64,000 bases of DNA from Massalongia carnosa (Eukaryota), in contig OZ287075.1 of NCBI GenBank assembly GCA_965645245.1, positions 434,001 through 498,000 of the forward strand, read 5' to 3'. The notes under the pieces were generated by a model. It was not told the DNA's origin. It ran no database searches and was given only the letters and a program-made list of their open reading frames with translations. The position numbers and the translations under genes are program-made. Shown piece after piece: positions 35,168 through 47,588 of this stretch. The number at the start of each line of letters is the position of its first letter. The stretch's first letter is position 1.

Positions 35168-37289
35168 TCAAGTCATGAAATACTTCGGTCCCTCCCCCCC
35201 CTGCGGAGTCTGCCAGTTGATATCCTGTGCGGGGGCTTTAATGTCACAGGTTTTGCAGTGGATGCAGCTGAAGCCGAGGAAAAAGGATCAGCTAGCTCAT
35301 TAGAAAAACACACACAGACTTCGCTTTCCTTGTTAAGCCAGCTCTACGCTCCCTTGCCTCTCCACCCAGATTTCAGGAGAGTTTCAAAGTGGATGAAATG
35401 AAAACGAAACCACTCACTTCTGCGCGTTGATTTGAAACCTCACACCAACGTCCTTGCTCCTATCTTCTACGTACTCGTACACACCTGCAGGACAAAATCG
35501 GTTCTCTACCCCTTTGTACTTCGGCCATTGATCCCTAGTGTGCCTTTCCCAGTCTTCGACCTGCAAATGTACCGGCTGATCCTCCTCATGATTCGTCCCC
35601 GTCCTGCTCACGCTTGTGAGAATATCAAAGGACAGCTTCCCATCAGGTGTTGGATACTCGATCTTCGGGCAGTTATCTGCTAATTTGGTGGCTACATGGT
35701 CGGCGCTCCCATGTTTCAGCGTCCAGGGCGTTTTCCCACGGAATACGTACGCTTCCAAGCCGGAGTAGAGGATGCCGCCGTAGAGACCCAGAGGCGAGTG
35801 AAACGAGGGCCGCATGTTGCGCACTTGTTTCAGCTCAGTCCAGATGCTGCTAGCGCGTAACGCGTCTTCGTAGTCGTACAGAAAGACGGTGCCCTTGCTA
35901 GCCTCGTCCACAATTTCGTCATTAGTATTTGTTGTGAGGGCGGAGTAGGCGGCTTGCGCGGCGAGCATGCCGCTGCGCATGGCGGTGTGGGTGCCCTTGA
36001 TTTTTGGTACGTTTAAGAAGCCTGCGGTATCCCCGATGAGCGCACCTCCTGGGAACGCGCATTTGGGAATCGATTGGAAGCCTCCTTCGTTTAAAGCGCG
36101 CGCGCCGTAGGAGATGCATTTGCCACCTTCGAGCACAGATGCATATAGGGGGTGATGTTTGAGTTTCTGAAACTCGCCGTAAGGGGAGAGCCAGGGGTTG
36201 GGGTAGTCCAGCCCAACAACGAGCCCAAGGGAGACGAGGTTATCCCCAAAATGGTAAAGCCAGCCACCGCCGTAGGTCGAAGCAGGGAGCGGATAACCCA
36301 TGGAGTGAACGATCTCCCCTTCCCGGAAGTTTTTAGGTTTCACTTCCCACACCTCTTTAAGGCCAAGGCCATAAGTTTGTGGCTGGCTGTCTCGTCGGAG
36401 GTCGAACTTTTTGGCAACTTTTTTTGTGAGACTACCATGGCAGCCTTCTGCAAATAGTGTGACTCGAGCGTGGAATTCCATTCCTCTCTCGAATGACACC
36501 TTAGGCTTGCCGTCTCGGCCGATGCCCAGGTCATTCGTAGCCACCCCCTTTACGGCCCCATCATCCGCCCTGTAAAGCACCTCACTTGCTGCAAACCCTG
36601 GGTATACCTCGACGCCTAGTTCTTCGGCCCGTTCACCCAGCCATTTGCAGAATTGATTTAAGCTGATGATATAATTGCCATGGTTGTTCATCTGAGGAGG
36701 GGCAGGCATAGGTATAGCATTGTTCTTCGTCAAAAAGCGCATCTTATCATGGGTAGCAGGCGTGGCATGCTGAAAACGGGAAGGGTTCTCAGGAGAAATC
36801 CAACCAGGAAGAAGTTCGTTGACCGCCGATGGTTCGATGACATTTCCAGAGAGGATATGAGCGCCAATCTCGCCAGCTTTTTCCAACAAAAGAACACGAA
36901 GATCTTCCTTACCTGCCTCGTTAGCAAGCTGTTTAAGGCGTATCGCGGCACTGAGTCCAGCAGGACCTAGAAGCCGATTAATAGCTTTACGATCATTTGG
37001 GAGAAACAGATATACCCCCGCCAACGATGCACACATCGACTTCATCCACCTCACGATCTTGGTACCGAGGATCAGATGCTCTGTTAACATGTGCTAAATT
37101 CCTCGAGAGTGAGGTTGAAAATGACTTTATTTTTACATATACAGGACTCTGCCAGATAGATTGAAGTGAACATCGTCGGCGAGAAGGGGGAAAGAGTGTG
37201 TATGCCCTGGTAGCGGTTTGATACGAGGGATCTGTCGAAAACAAAAAACTCCTCCTGGCGACTGCTGTTATCGAGGTCTTTGAAGCCAT
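35168..37289 (-). CDS. CIR2: Electron transfer flavoprotein-ubiquinone oxidoreductase (ETF-QO/ETFDH)
   Basis: Mitochondrial-type presequence, FAD motif [36 protein letters not shown] and Fe-S ligands RFCPAGVYE...[10 protein letters not shown]. Two introns. Confidence 0.96.
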
Positions 37290-37703
37290 CTTCGTAGTAG
37301 CACTGGCTTTGCGAGGAAATAGCAAGCCATGAGGATTGAACTTTCAACATGGCGTTGTCCGCTTTGCCATTCCTCTAACCTCGGCATAGTTACAATATAT
37401 ACATACCTATGACAAAATTTTCAAGTTTTAAAGAGTAGCCAATCATGGCTCCCCTACTCCAATATCTCTTAAGCCATGCATTCCTTCTCAGCTATTCCGT
37501 ATGCTTTACACATATTCAAAGTAGGGTTACAGATCAGGCCTTGTACATGCTTCAACGGACCACATATCCTCGTGTCATGATGGCTAACTATCTATCAACT
37601 TTTTGGATGCTTCATTCAGCTCAAATCCCCGGTTACAGAGACCACCCTTTCTCATCTTATCCATTGCTCAGCCATGATACCTGATGCATCTGCATTCACG
37701 CAT

Positions 37704-40700
37704 TTACTCCCGCACAACGGTGTTCTTCTCCTCTCCTTGCGCCTCGCCATCAAGATACGCTACCAGTCTCTCCTCGGCATCAGTGTCTGGGTTTACCGTG
37801 ATAGCCTTCTCACCCGTCTGGATTATTGCGTCCACCATGGTTTGGTCATGAAGATCAGGTGATGTTGAAGCAGGCGGAGTGAATTCTTTACTACTGCTGG
37901 AATCTTGTGACATCGTTTCCTTGGACGCTGGAAAATCTTCCTCCGTTTCCACAGCGGCAACAGCTTCCGGTGACTTCACAGATGAAGGGTTATGTATCGA
38001 TATAATGTCATTGAAATCTTTTGCTACTGAATCTTTCGTCAGCTCAATCGATGCTGATGCTGAAACCCGAGTAGCCAACGACGGCGTATCTCTTGTTTGC
38101 TCTTCTGGAGACGTGGTGCTTGCGTGTACAACATCGAGCGAACCATCATCATTCGTTTTCCATACAATCCATGGCTGTTGAATTGTCCAGGTCCGTTGCG
38201 CTATTGCTCCCTCCAAAGTTGGATCTTTCGCAACAGCAGCCGTGGATGCTGGAGCAGCATGTTTGCGACGTGCAGGTCCCTTTGCACGGCCCTTACGCGC
38301 ATCTCCCAGTCGCGCTTTCTCCTCTACTATTTCCGGTTCTGCCGATAGCTTCTCTGAAGGCTTAGGAGCTTGTGGCCCAAGTTGAAGCCGTTTATCCAGG
38401 TCTGACAAGAAACCTGCTTTAAGAGATGCGATTTTGCCACCGACTGGCCGGACAGGTAACAGGGGTTTAGGCTTTGGAGCGGGCGGAGAAGTGATACCAC
38501 GTTTATCATCAGGAGCATCTCCACTTGCGATTAAACCGGCTGATGAAGTCTTTGAGAACGGCGTAAAGTCAGAGTTTTCCTGAGCAATAGCTCTGGAGGG
38601 ACGGGCTGGAACTTGAGGTTTTGGTCTATCAGGAACTACCGGAGCTTTTCGGGGTTCTGATGGAGATGCTGGTTTTGATTCGACTGGTGAGAGCTCCGCA
38701 GCGGATTTGGACAACGTGGATAAATTTTCGGCGGTAGGAACTTGGTGCATGCGTTTTGCAGGTCGCGCAGGGACATTAGGAGAGGATTGTACGCTTGGGC
38801 CTGAAGAGTCCACAGCGAGCTTAGATTTAGCAGGTCTTGGTGGAATACTTGGTTTTTCAACAGTAGCTGCGCCAGATGTTGCTCCATCACGAGCTTGCTC
38901 TTCGTTCATCGTACCCTCATCGGGTCCTCCAGATGTGAAGACTCCCGCCCCAGCCTGCACGCCTTGATCTTTAGGATTCTTCCCTGAATGACTCTTGATT
39001 TCGTCATCTTCATAGTCGCCAATGGTTGTCTCGAGTTGAGCATGATCTGGTGAATCCTCCCAGATATCTCGGCTAGGAAACCTCTGCTTCATACTCATTC
39101 TCTGGGACTCGTCAAGCAGATGGGGCTTGAAATGTGAGGTGGCCAAGCGCTCCTCTTTTGGCAATAGTTTTGCCTTCTCATCTTCATCGACCTCCCTTTT
39201 TCGTGCCGCTTCGGTCTCAGGTGATTCAAAGACTGCAGAGGTCTCCTTCGTTATGGTCGCAGCTTGCTCTTCGGTTGATTCTGGAATTTCCACCGTGGCT
39301 TGAAGTTGTAAGCTATTGGGCGTATCTTCCCAGATGTCTTGACTTGGGAACCTCCTCTTGATATTTTCGCGTCGCTTAAACTTGTCAATTGCAGCGACAG
39401 GATGGGCATCTTTATCTTCTTCGGGGAAAAGCGGTTCGTACTCGTCAACATTTTCGAGAGGTGTATGCAAATCTTCCCGCTCATCGTGGGAGATGAATTT
39501 CATGAGACCTGGAAGTGAGCCATGGACGCTTACAGGCCGACTGGATGGTCTGCTATTTGTCGCGCTGCCAGAGCGACTGCTATTTCGGTACCCACTCTGA
39601 TACGATGGAAGCACATCCGAATCAACGCCCGTATAGTAATTGCTTCCTCTTCTCTCCTGCACGGGAGATACCGCTGGCTGCAGATGCTCGATTCCTGGCT
39701 CTTTCGCCACCTCATCCGAAGCAAGAATAGGCACACCATAGCCGGTCTCGTCAATCCAGCCCCCAGCAGAACTAGTGTTCCCTCCATGCGGTCCTAGATC
39801 TTCTGTAGGAGGATCGTAGCCATTCCCGGCATATTTACTCTTTCGGATAGCAGGCGCTTTTACAAGCACCTCATCATCCTCCGTTTCGCTTTCTAGAGCG
39901 GATTCCGACTGAGTGTGTGTCAGCCCATGAGGTTCTTTCGCTTTCTCAAAGGCGTCTTTTCCATCGACATCAACAGGAAAGCTAGCTTTGCGCAATGGAG
40001 ACTCGACATGGGTTTGCGAGTGATTTGAATGCGCCTTTCCCGGATAGGTAACAGATGACGGTGTGTTGATGCGACAGGTGTACTCTTCAGATGCCATGTA
40101 ACCGATTTGCTCGTTGGGTAATCCAGCATGTATTGGTGATGTTCCTATCAGTTATTTGTAAGCCACACGTGTACATCATCCTCGTTCACGCTCGATATAC
40201 CGATGCCCGAGCCCTTACTCGCAGTATCTCGGACTATCTTGTTCAAATCCTCACTGCTAAGAGCCCATTCTCCTCGACCGCCAACACCCGATCCATATTG
40301 TCCATGTTCTTCCCGAACCAATGCATCCGGATGTTTCTCGTACCATGCTTTCCCGAAAGGATCGGTATGCGGAACTCCATGTCCATGCATTCCATAGCTC
40401 CCAGGTGGCCCTCGAAAAACTTCGCGGCCACTACGTGTACGACCATGATGTCTCCCATGTTTCGGTGTTCCATCACTGTGTAAGCCAGCGCCAGGAGAAA
40501 AGGTTGGAGAAAACGGCGATGGCGATGGTGCCTGCACATCCCCTGCATCCGGATGCATTGGCACCCTCTGGCCAATTTCGGGAATTCCATGATCACTGTC
40601 GTTCGCTTGCGCTGAGACTGGAAGTTCGGTCGAAGCCGAGGACTCTGTTCTCGAAAAGCTCACTTTGGAGCGCAGGGTGGGGTTTTGCAAGTTTTTGTCA

Positions 40701-41242
40701 TCGTTCACCACAGGGGTTCCAGCTTTGCCAATGCCAGCCGCAGCTGCTTGAGTAGAGTCGGTGCGGGTCACGGTTGAGACTCTGGCTTTGGCTGTGGAGC
40801 TTGAAAACGATGGTCTGGGAGCATGCAGGGGTAGATCACTACCGACATTACGTGTTTGCGTGGGCTCATTCGGAGATGGATTCGATTCTGTGGCTACCTC
40901 TTGTGGTTTCTCGTACTCAATATCCGCATATTCGTTCCCCTCCTGTCCAATCGAAGGCAGTGACACGCTGGGCGGACGTTGCGGTGCGCCGAGATTCAAA
41001 TCTGATGCATCCTGGTCCCCGTAGCTATGTAACGAACTAGTTTTGTTGCCAAGATTCATAGCCAGAGGTATCTCATTCAAAGGCGACCTCGGAAAGTTAT
41101 CTCGAGTAGGGGATTGCGAGCGTGCAGGTATCCGTTGTGCAGGTCTTGGAGGGATTCTTGGAATGTCAGGGGGCCCGGCAGGAGCAAGTTGCTGATGATG
41201 TACTCTGGCTGGTCGCGGAGGAATTTGAGGAGTCGACATCAT
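37704..41242 (-). CDS. AIM21: AIM21-like proline-rich actin-capping regulator (2 exons)
   Basis: EDLNKIV, PILASDEV, two RFPSxDIWED motifs, KIASLKAGFLSDLDKRL and a CPI-like LGDARKGRAKGPARRK. Confidence 0.8.
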
Positions 41243-42640
41243 GAAGATACTGACTAATGATTCCGGCTATTTTCTGGGAACGAATAGCCACCTGCTCATT
41301 GTGTTAGTCAATCAGACGGCGTTTGGAAGGCATTCCAAGCTGTTGAAGTGTGTCAACATTATCAACGCTGTCATGATCAAGTGATTCTCAGCTTTTGGAT
41401 ATGTCGGGAAAAGGGTGATCAATGTAATCAATTTCAGTGAACAGCAGCTAATCCTCTGATTTAATATGATACATCTGGTGCAAAATCACCTTTGTCTGTT
41501 TGCAACCGCTTGATTGACTGAGAAAAGACAAGAATGTAACACGAACACGGCAAGCAGGCAATCTGACTTACAGGATCTAGAACGACAAGTAGTTGAGGAT
41601 AGGTACACTGTAGTGAGGACGAGATCAACAAGAGAAGTCACACCAGTAGTAGAAGTAGCTATACATTCGGACATTAGGCGCCTCTGTTGGCACCGAGGGA
41701 ACCAATCCCTTTTAAAGGTGAATCTGGGTTTGCAGAAGAACATGAGTGGCAGCGGGACCATCACGTGTTAAAGATCATCCTGCGCTAGTCCTACTTTGGC
41801 CAGCATTTAAACGATCTTAGTGGGACGTGCTAGGATGTCCCGCTGCCTTGGCTGCCACGCTGTCACAGCTTGGCAAGTGAGCAATTTCTTCATCAAAATT
41901 ATTTGCCATGAAACACCAAATCCATATGGAGGACTACCTTAGCTGTACTCTGTATCCGTGTACCAGTCATGTTCTGATGATATATGAAACGATTATCTGT
42001 CCGGAACCAATCCGTCTAACAGCACGATCCGCCCTGACAGCGGCCATCGAAAGAAGCGGGAGAGAGGGGAAGGATCAGCATTGCGTGAACAGAATCCCAT
42101 GATACACTTCCCCTCACGCATGGAAGGAATGAAAGGTGGGAGGGCGTGGTCGATTGGTTCCGGGTTTCGGTTGATTAATGGATAGCTCTGCATATGTAAC
42201 CTTTTCAAATGAGGAAGGGTTAAAGATACTCGTACGTGTCGAACAATTGCCTCTACCAATTCTCGACGCTGATTTTGGTTCAATCAATTTCCTCCCTATT
42301 ATGATTAGACATTTTTCTTTTTCGCCTGGTCCTATCTCCGATTCCTTGTCTTCATTTAAAATACATATGACAGTCGATGTTACATTTGACTATGAGTCCT
42401 GTCGTTGGTGCATATATACGTAGACTGGATTGTCATTCTATAAAGGGCCTCTGGCTTCGGACCCGTTCACGATTAAAATGCTGCACATGAAGAATAGAAC
42501 AAATTGGCTCGATGAAGATATCAAAACAACGCATGGAAAATAATAATCGGTCCTGGCGATTCCCCACGTTCCTGTCCCTCATAAAGCCTCGCCATCCTCC
42601 CTCCTCAAGCTCGACCACTCCCACGCCTTGGATTAACAAC

Positions 42641-43596
42641 CTATAACAGTGGAAGAGGAGGAAGTGTGACGCCTAGGTTGAACAGGATGCATTGAACGGT
42701 GGGGGTCAATAAACCGGGATGCTCGACCAGCCGCCGTGTGCTCTCAATGTGGGTTTTGACTACGCTAACATCGTTATCGAATACTGCCACAAGGTCATCT
42801 TCACCCTGCTTGATTTGCTCTCGGAGACCTTGTGTGCCATCGTACCCGTTGACAATATGCTGTTTGGTACATCAGCGTCCTAGCTTCTCTTTGATATTTG
42901 GGAGAGGGCTTTGAGCAACTCACGTCCCATATACGTGTGGTGGAAAACCTGTCCTTAGCAGTGTTTTTGTCGGTGTAAAGGGCCGCGTATGTGTAGGACC
43001 TGGGGTTGATTTTATATCGGCAGATGAGTTGGTCGATCCTAACTAGATAGGCAAGCAGGCTACGAGAAAGCTAAATTGTCAGGATATGTCTCAGAGAAAT
43101 AACGTTCAAAGGAGCGTTATTTGTCATACTATTGTGAAACCCTGGCTTATGACAGAAATGGTGACCTCCTCACTGTTCTCCACGAAATCTGGATTCTGAT
43201 CAGTTTCCTATATACCGTTAGTCTGCTAAGGGAGGTCAGCAGGAAATGATATTTATATTTTACCTGCTCTACAAAGAGACTACCAAGAACCCCTGCACCA
43301 ACGCCCCTAGTATCATCGTTTAAATCGTTGTCGATACTAGAACTGGAGAGCTACAGAAACCGTGATCCTTGCTCAAATTACGAAGTTAACAGACTTACCA
43401 GGTCTGCCCTCTGACAGGTCGATCCGTCAATATTTACTTTCAAGCCAGTTGCACATGTGAGACCATCCTTGGGAAGTCGTTGAACCAGTCTATCTATTTT
43501 CACAAGCGCGTTAAGAAGATAAGTTAAGAAACGTTCGTGAAAGGCGGTAACTTGACATGCGACGAGCAGGCTGCTATAAAGGGAAAAGGATTTCAT
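42641..43596 (-). CDS. Orphan secreted protein, 242 aa, 5 exons
   Basis: Exons 43596-43399, 43350-43264, 43207-43130, 43070-42924 and 42859-42641 with four GT-AG introns of 48-64 nt give a stop-free spliced frame. The N-terminus MKSFSLYSSLLVACQVTA is signal-like. Confidence 0.75.
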
Positions 43597-44437
43597 GATT
43601 TCGGAGGTGATTCAGATACCAAGTTTTTATTAGGGAATGGTGAAGAACAGAAAAGAGTTGGCTCAACGGCTTTATGAAACATGAAATGGCTGGAATGTGA
43701 TATCATTCCTCCAGTATTTCACCTAACAGTTAGCTGCAGCCCTTACTTTGATATTATTACCACGCATTGTTCTTATCAGCAACGTTCATGTAACACTATG
43801 AAGAATTAATCAGCAATGCAAACTGGTGGAGGGAAGAAAGAAAATGTGGCGATGTAAGCGTAGAATCTAATCTAGGCCTTTGATAAAAAAACTGATGCTA
43901 TCATTGATTCCGTCCCAGGAGATAAGTCAAGACGCAGCAGGCCAAAGAAGCCAAGTCCATTCTTCAAGGTGACCATGACGAATGTTGATTGATGCATATA
44001 CGCGTCGAAGGGAAAGCGATAATCTTGACATACTTTCTAAAGGCCGCTATTTATAATCGTCTAGGATAAATGGCAATGGAATCGTGTGAAATAAATAGGA
44101 AGACCGGGAATTCTTAAAAAACCCCAGAATATGCCTACCATTCGAAAATCGCCCCTCATTAAAAAACTGTTGTTGTCCCTACTCTTGGGAATGAGCAATA
44201 TCCTCACCAATAGAGGCATGAACCCTCGGATCTTAAAGGAAAATAACTTAATTGAACAATAAGAAATCAAAAAGGCAAGCTTAAAATTACATACCGCTGT
44301 CTGAGAATTCCATTTGGCGTTATCAGACTGGACGCTATTTCATAAGGATATATTTTATACCCTTGGCCCTCCCATTGCATACTCGACCTTCGCCTAGGCA
44401 TAGACCAACCACCCAAATCACTTTTCTTAGATAAGGT

Positions 44438-45240
44438 TCACACAATCATCTGTGCAACACCTTGTCCCCCAAGCGTCTTGCTACCCACAAACCCCTGTCC
44501 CTTTAAGCCAGCAATAGCATAGCATACTGCCGCTAACAGCAACACAACGGCCGCGGCGATCAGACTCGTGGCATCTTTAATGATACTAAGCCATTGGATC
44601 AAGCTCATAGTTCCGTAAATGGCGGCACGCATGTAGTTTGTCGTGAATCGCCGTATGAAATTGTCGAATGTGCTTGATGTTGGGCAGATGCGGAGGAGGA
44701 GGGGGATTTCGACGAAAATTAGGATAAGTCCCGAAAGTCTATAAAGGAAAAGTCTATAAGCAAATACAATCAACTATGATAATATCTTTAAAGAACTTAC
44801 AGGCATAGGGCACCAAATAGTATGAGGATTGAGAGGTGGAGCAAGTGTACGATCCCAAGAGCTATGCACAGCAATATGCACAACACACCCAACCTGCAAA
44901 AGAAGGACATCAGTAGTAATCCAGATGCAGTGTGAATCCTACGGTGGGTTTTGCCACATTTTCCTCTGCGTCCGTTTAGAGTTCGTATTTGGAAAACTCG
45001 TAGGCTCAAGATGATTTGAATTCCCCCATTACAACTTTCTGGTTGCCCTAAATGTAGTGGCGTAGCTAATAGATTTCACAGATCATGTGGTCATAGCCAC
45101 TCGAAGATAGGTAGGAAGCTCAATTCACTAACCATTGCCCATAAATACCTGAAAAAGCAAGCTGTCAGCAAACTGTCCCCCCAAGCTCACTTACTATACT
45201 AACTGAAGTTGCGCGACCGGAGCTCTTCAGCTAAAGTCAT
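44438..45240 (-). CDS. TVP18: Golgi membrane protein TVP18
   Basis: Spliced MTLAEELRSRNFSIYGQW...LIFVEIPLLLRICPTS..FD.FI...NYMRAAIY...TLGGQGVAQMIV. Three introns. Confidence 0.93.
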
Positions 45241-45559
45241 TGTGCTTTCTCCCAGCAAGTGAGTCTTCGGAGGCAGTAATCCAGTCCTCTTTGACCAGGT
45301 CGCAGAGACTGGCGTCACTCCTGAGCTGCTCAAACTATCAATGGGAAGTTGGAGGGCGTAAAGTATGCTGAGTGCTCTAGTTTTCTAGGCTATATGCATA
45401 ATCTAAAGGCCGAGAGGAGTGATGGTGATTCGCGAAAAAACAGGATAACAATCGAGCGGGTTCAATGATGCCTGATTCCTTTGTCGTGGCTTCTTGCGAA
45501 CGTTGACAAAGTTACGAAGCTGGCTAGTGTGGTGTGGGTATAGTAAAGACTCACAATAC

Positions 45560-45822
45560 CACGCGGCTGACAAAAAAACCGGGACACCAAAACCTGCTTC
45601 ACGGAACAAATCAAGCAAACTTTTCAAAAAAACATATTTTCTTGAAAATCATTCAGCAACAAAAACAACCTGAACAACCTTGAAGTCTTCTCAGATGACA
45701 GAACACACATCAATCTTAAATTCCTGAAATTATTAAGTGTAGGAAAAAATAATTGCATGATATTGTTCTACGCGTAAGAGTGCTCAAGTTTTTGGTGTCC
45801 CGGTTTTTTTGTCAGCCGCGTG
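45560..45822. mobile_element. MITE, 263 bp, perfect 33-bp TIRs, CAC...GTG ends, 5-bp TSD AATAC
   Basis: CACGCGGCTGACAAAAAAACCGGGACACCAAAA at 45560-45592 has its exact reverse complement at 45790-45822. AATAC lies at 45555-45559 and 45823-45827. The interior is AT-rich and non-coding. Confidence 0.95.
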
Positions 45823-46531
45823 AATACATAGCTCATATTTTGATAAATAATACTTCGTCCTTTTCCGCACTTCGCACTTATCCCATACTCTGAACTCTCA
45901 AGCTGAGTAGTACCACTCAAAAAGAACCCATTGTGAATTCAGCGATATACACGTGGAGGCAAGCATCATTGTACTCCTAATTTACCATGGCTCCAGCTTT
46001 AAGCCACGTCATGTAAGCACGTTTCAATATCGTGTTACTTGCTATATGCTGCAGACCAAGGCAGAAACAATCAGTATTAAATAGTACAGATTGCTGCCTA
46101 CAACTCTTAGAATTCTGCTCCCTTGGTTTTCCTATTCTAATAATTTCAAGATTACGTCTCTACTTATGCCCGCTGCACACCTAGGACACGAAATATTGCT
46201 CAGTACGGATGCTTCTTTGTCCAAAAGGCGCTTAGCGGTAGTTGCTTTTATTCGGGATACATAGGTCATGTTTGAGAACACCAGTCAAGAAAAGGGGAAA
46301 GAGTAGACTTGTAGCATCTAAAGCACTGAAAAAACTACTGGATTTTTGGTTGTTTAGGCTATAAGTGCTGCTGCATCACTTTCGATTTCTTCCACCTACT
46401 GCATGCACAAGCCACTTTAAACTGATTTAAAATTCTAAACATTGCAGATCATGGAGGACTGTGCAGGCTCTCTTTAAGACCCTTCAACCAAAGTGTGTCG
46501 TGTCAAGAGATTGGAAGTACAGAGTAACTTG

Positions 46532-47334
46532 CTACTGCTCATAAACTAGTTTAAAAACATCGTTGAAAAGAAAATAGCTGCCAGCACCGTCTGGAAGCAG
46601 TTGGAACACTTGGGTATAGTTCATCGGCCGCTGCTCCTCATCAACCTAGCATCACAATCACTATTAGCCGATTCATCCGCAAGTCCGCCAGAGCCAAAGC
46701 ATCCAAACCAAGAAGTCATAAGAGAGTTGGAAATATGAATTCTCAGCATACCAACAAGGCTCCAGTCACCAGAACAAGAATCCCACCAGTTTCATTAGAA
46801 GGTTGGGCGTCGAGGGTGGCAACCCGATGAGCAACTTTAGTAAATGGAAGTAACTGGAACGTCACATCAGCCTTATCAAGTATCATTCCAAAAACAGACG
46901 AACCGTAAGTTTCTCGATAATACTGGATACTCCTTGTACAGCATGCGTCTCGAAAGTCAGCATTGAGTTATCTCGCTTTTGCGCCAAGTCTGAGATCAGT
47001 ACTGTAAAGCTATCTCTGGACCTTTGCAAACGTACGTATAAGGCTGCTAGATTACGCCGATTTTCATCAAATGTTTTGTAGTAGAACTGGGTGAACTGTT
47101 CTATAGGGTGATCAGCTTTCCTCTACGGCTCATATGACTTGATCAGACGAGTCTCGCGATAGCACCAGGGAGAATAGGTCGGCGACGTACGTGCAATGTC
47201 TGCAAAGTCTAGAATACGTCGTCAGTATATTTATTTTGCTGCCTATCCTTCTCGACGTCATAGTGGGGATGTGAGGTGAGGGCTAAACTTGGCGTTCCTA
47301 GTAGATGCTAAGAACCATCGTGCTTACCTCCCAT
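46532..47334 (-). CDS. NTF2: Nuclear transport factor 2 (intron-rich, absent from the ORF track)
   Basis: Spliced MGDFADIAQQFTQFYYKTFDENR.NLAALY RDNSMLTFE...LPFTKVAHRVATLDAQPS...VLVTGALL VDEEQRPMNYTQVFQL...FNDVFKLVY. Confidence 0.95.
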
Positions 47335-47588
47335 GGCGGCGGTTTTTTCTTCTTTCTGAGAAGTCTAACGATAGATGCGATTATGCCAAAAGGCCTTTCC
47401 AAGGGAAGTATAGGATCAAATGGGCGTGTTCTGGTGGGGCTCAAAGGATCTGGTGGGATGAAACCGATGAGCTGTAAGTTAGCAGCCGTGCCGGAAAAAT
47501 GTTTTGCCAACCGGTCTTGAGAGGTCGGAAAAGTTTTTTGATAACCTTCATTCTCTTTCAAAAACTATCAGCATAGATTAAACCAGAT

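Noticed and set aside
41775..41838. Imperfect hairpin as an ncRNA
   Set aside because: Many mismatches and no recognisable RNA-family motif.
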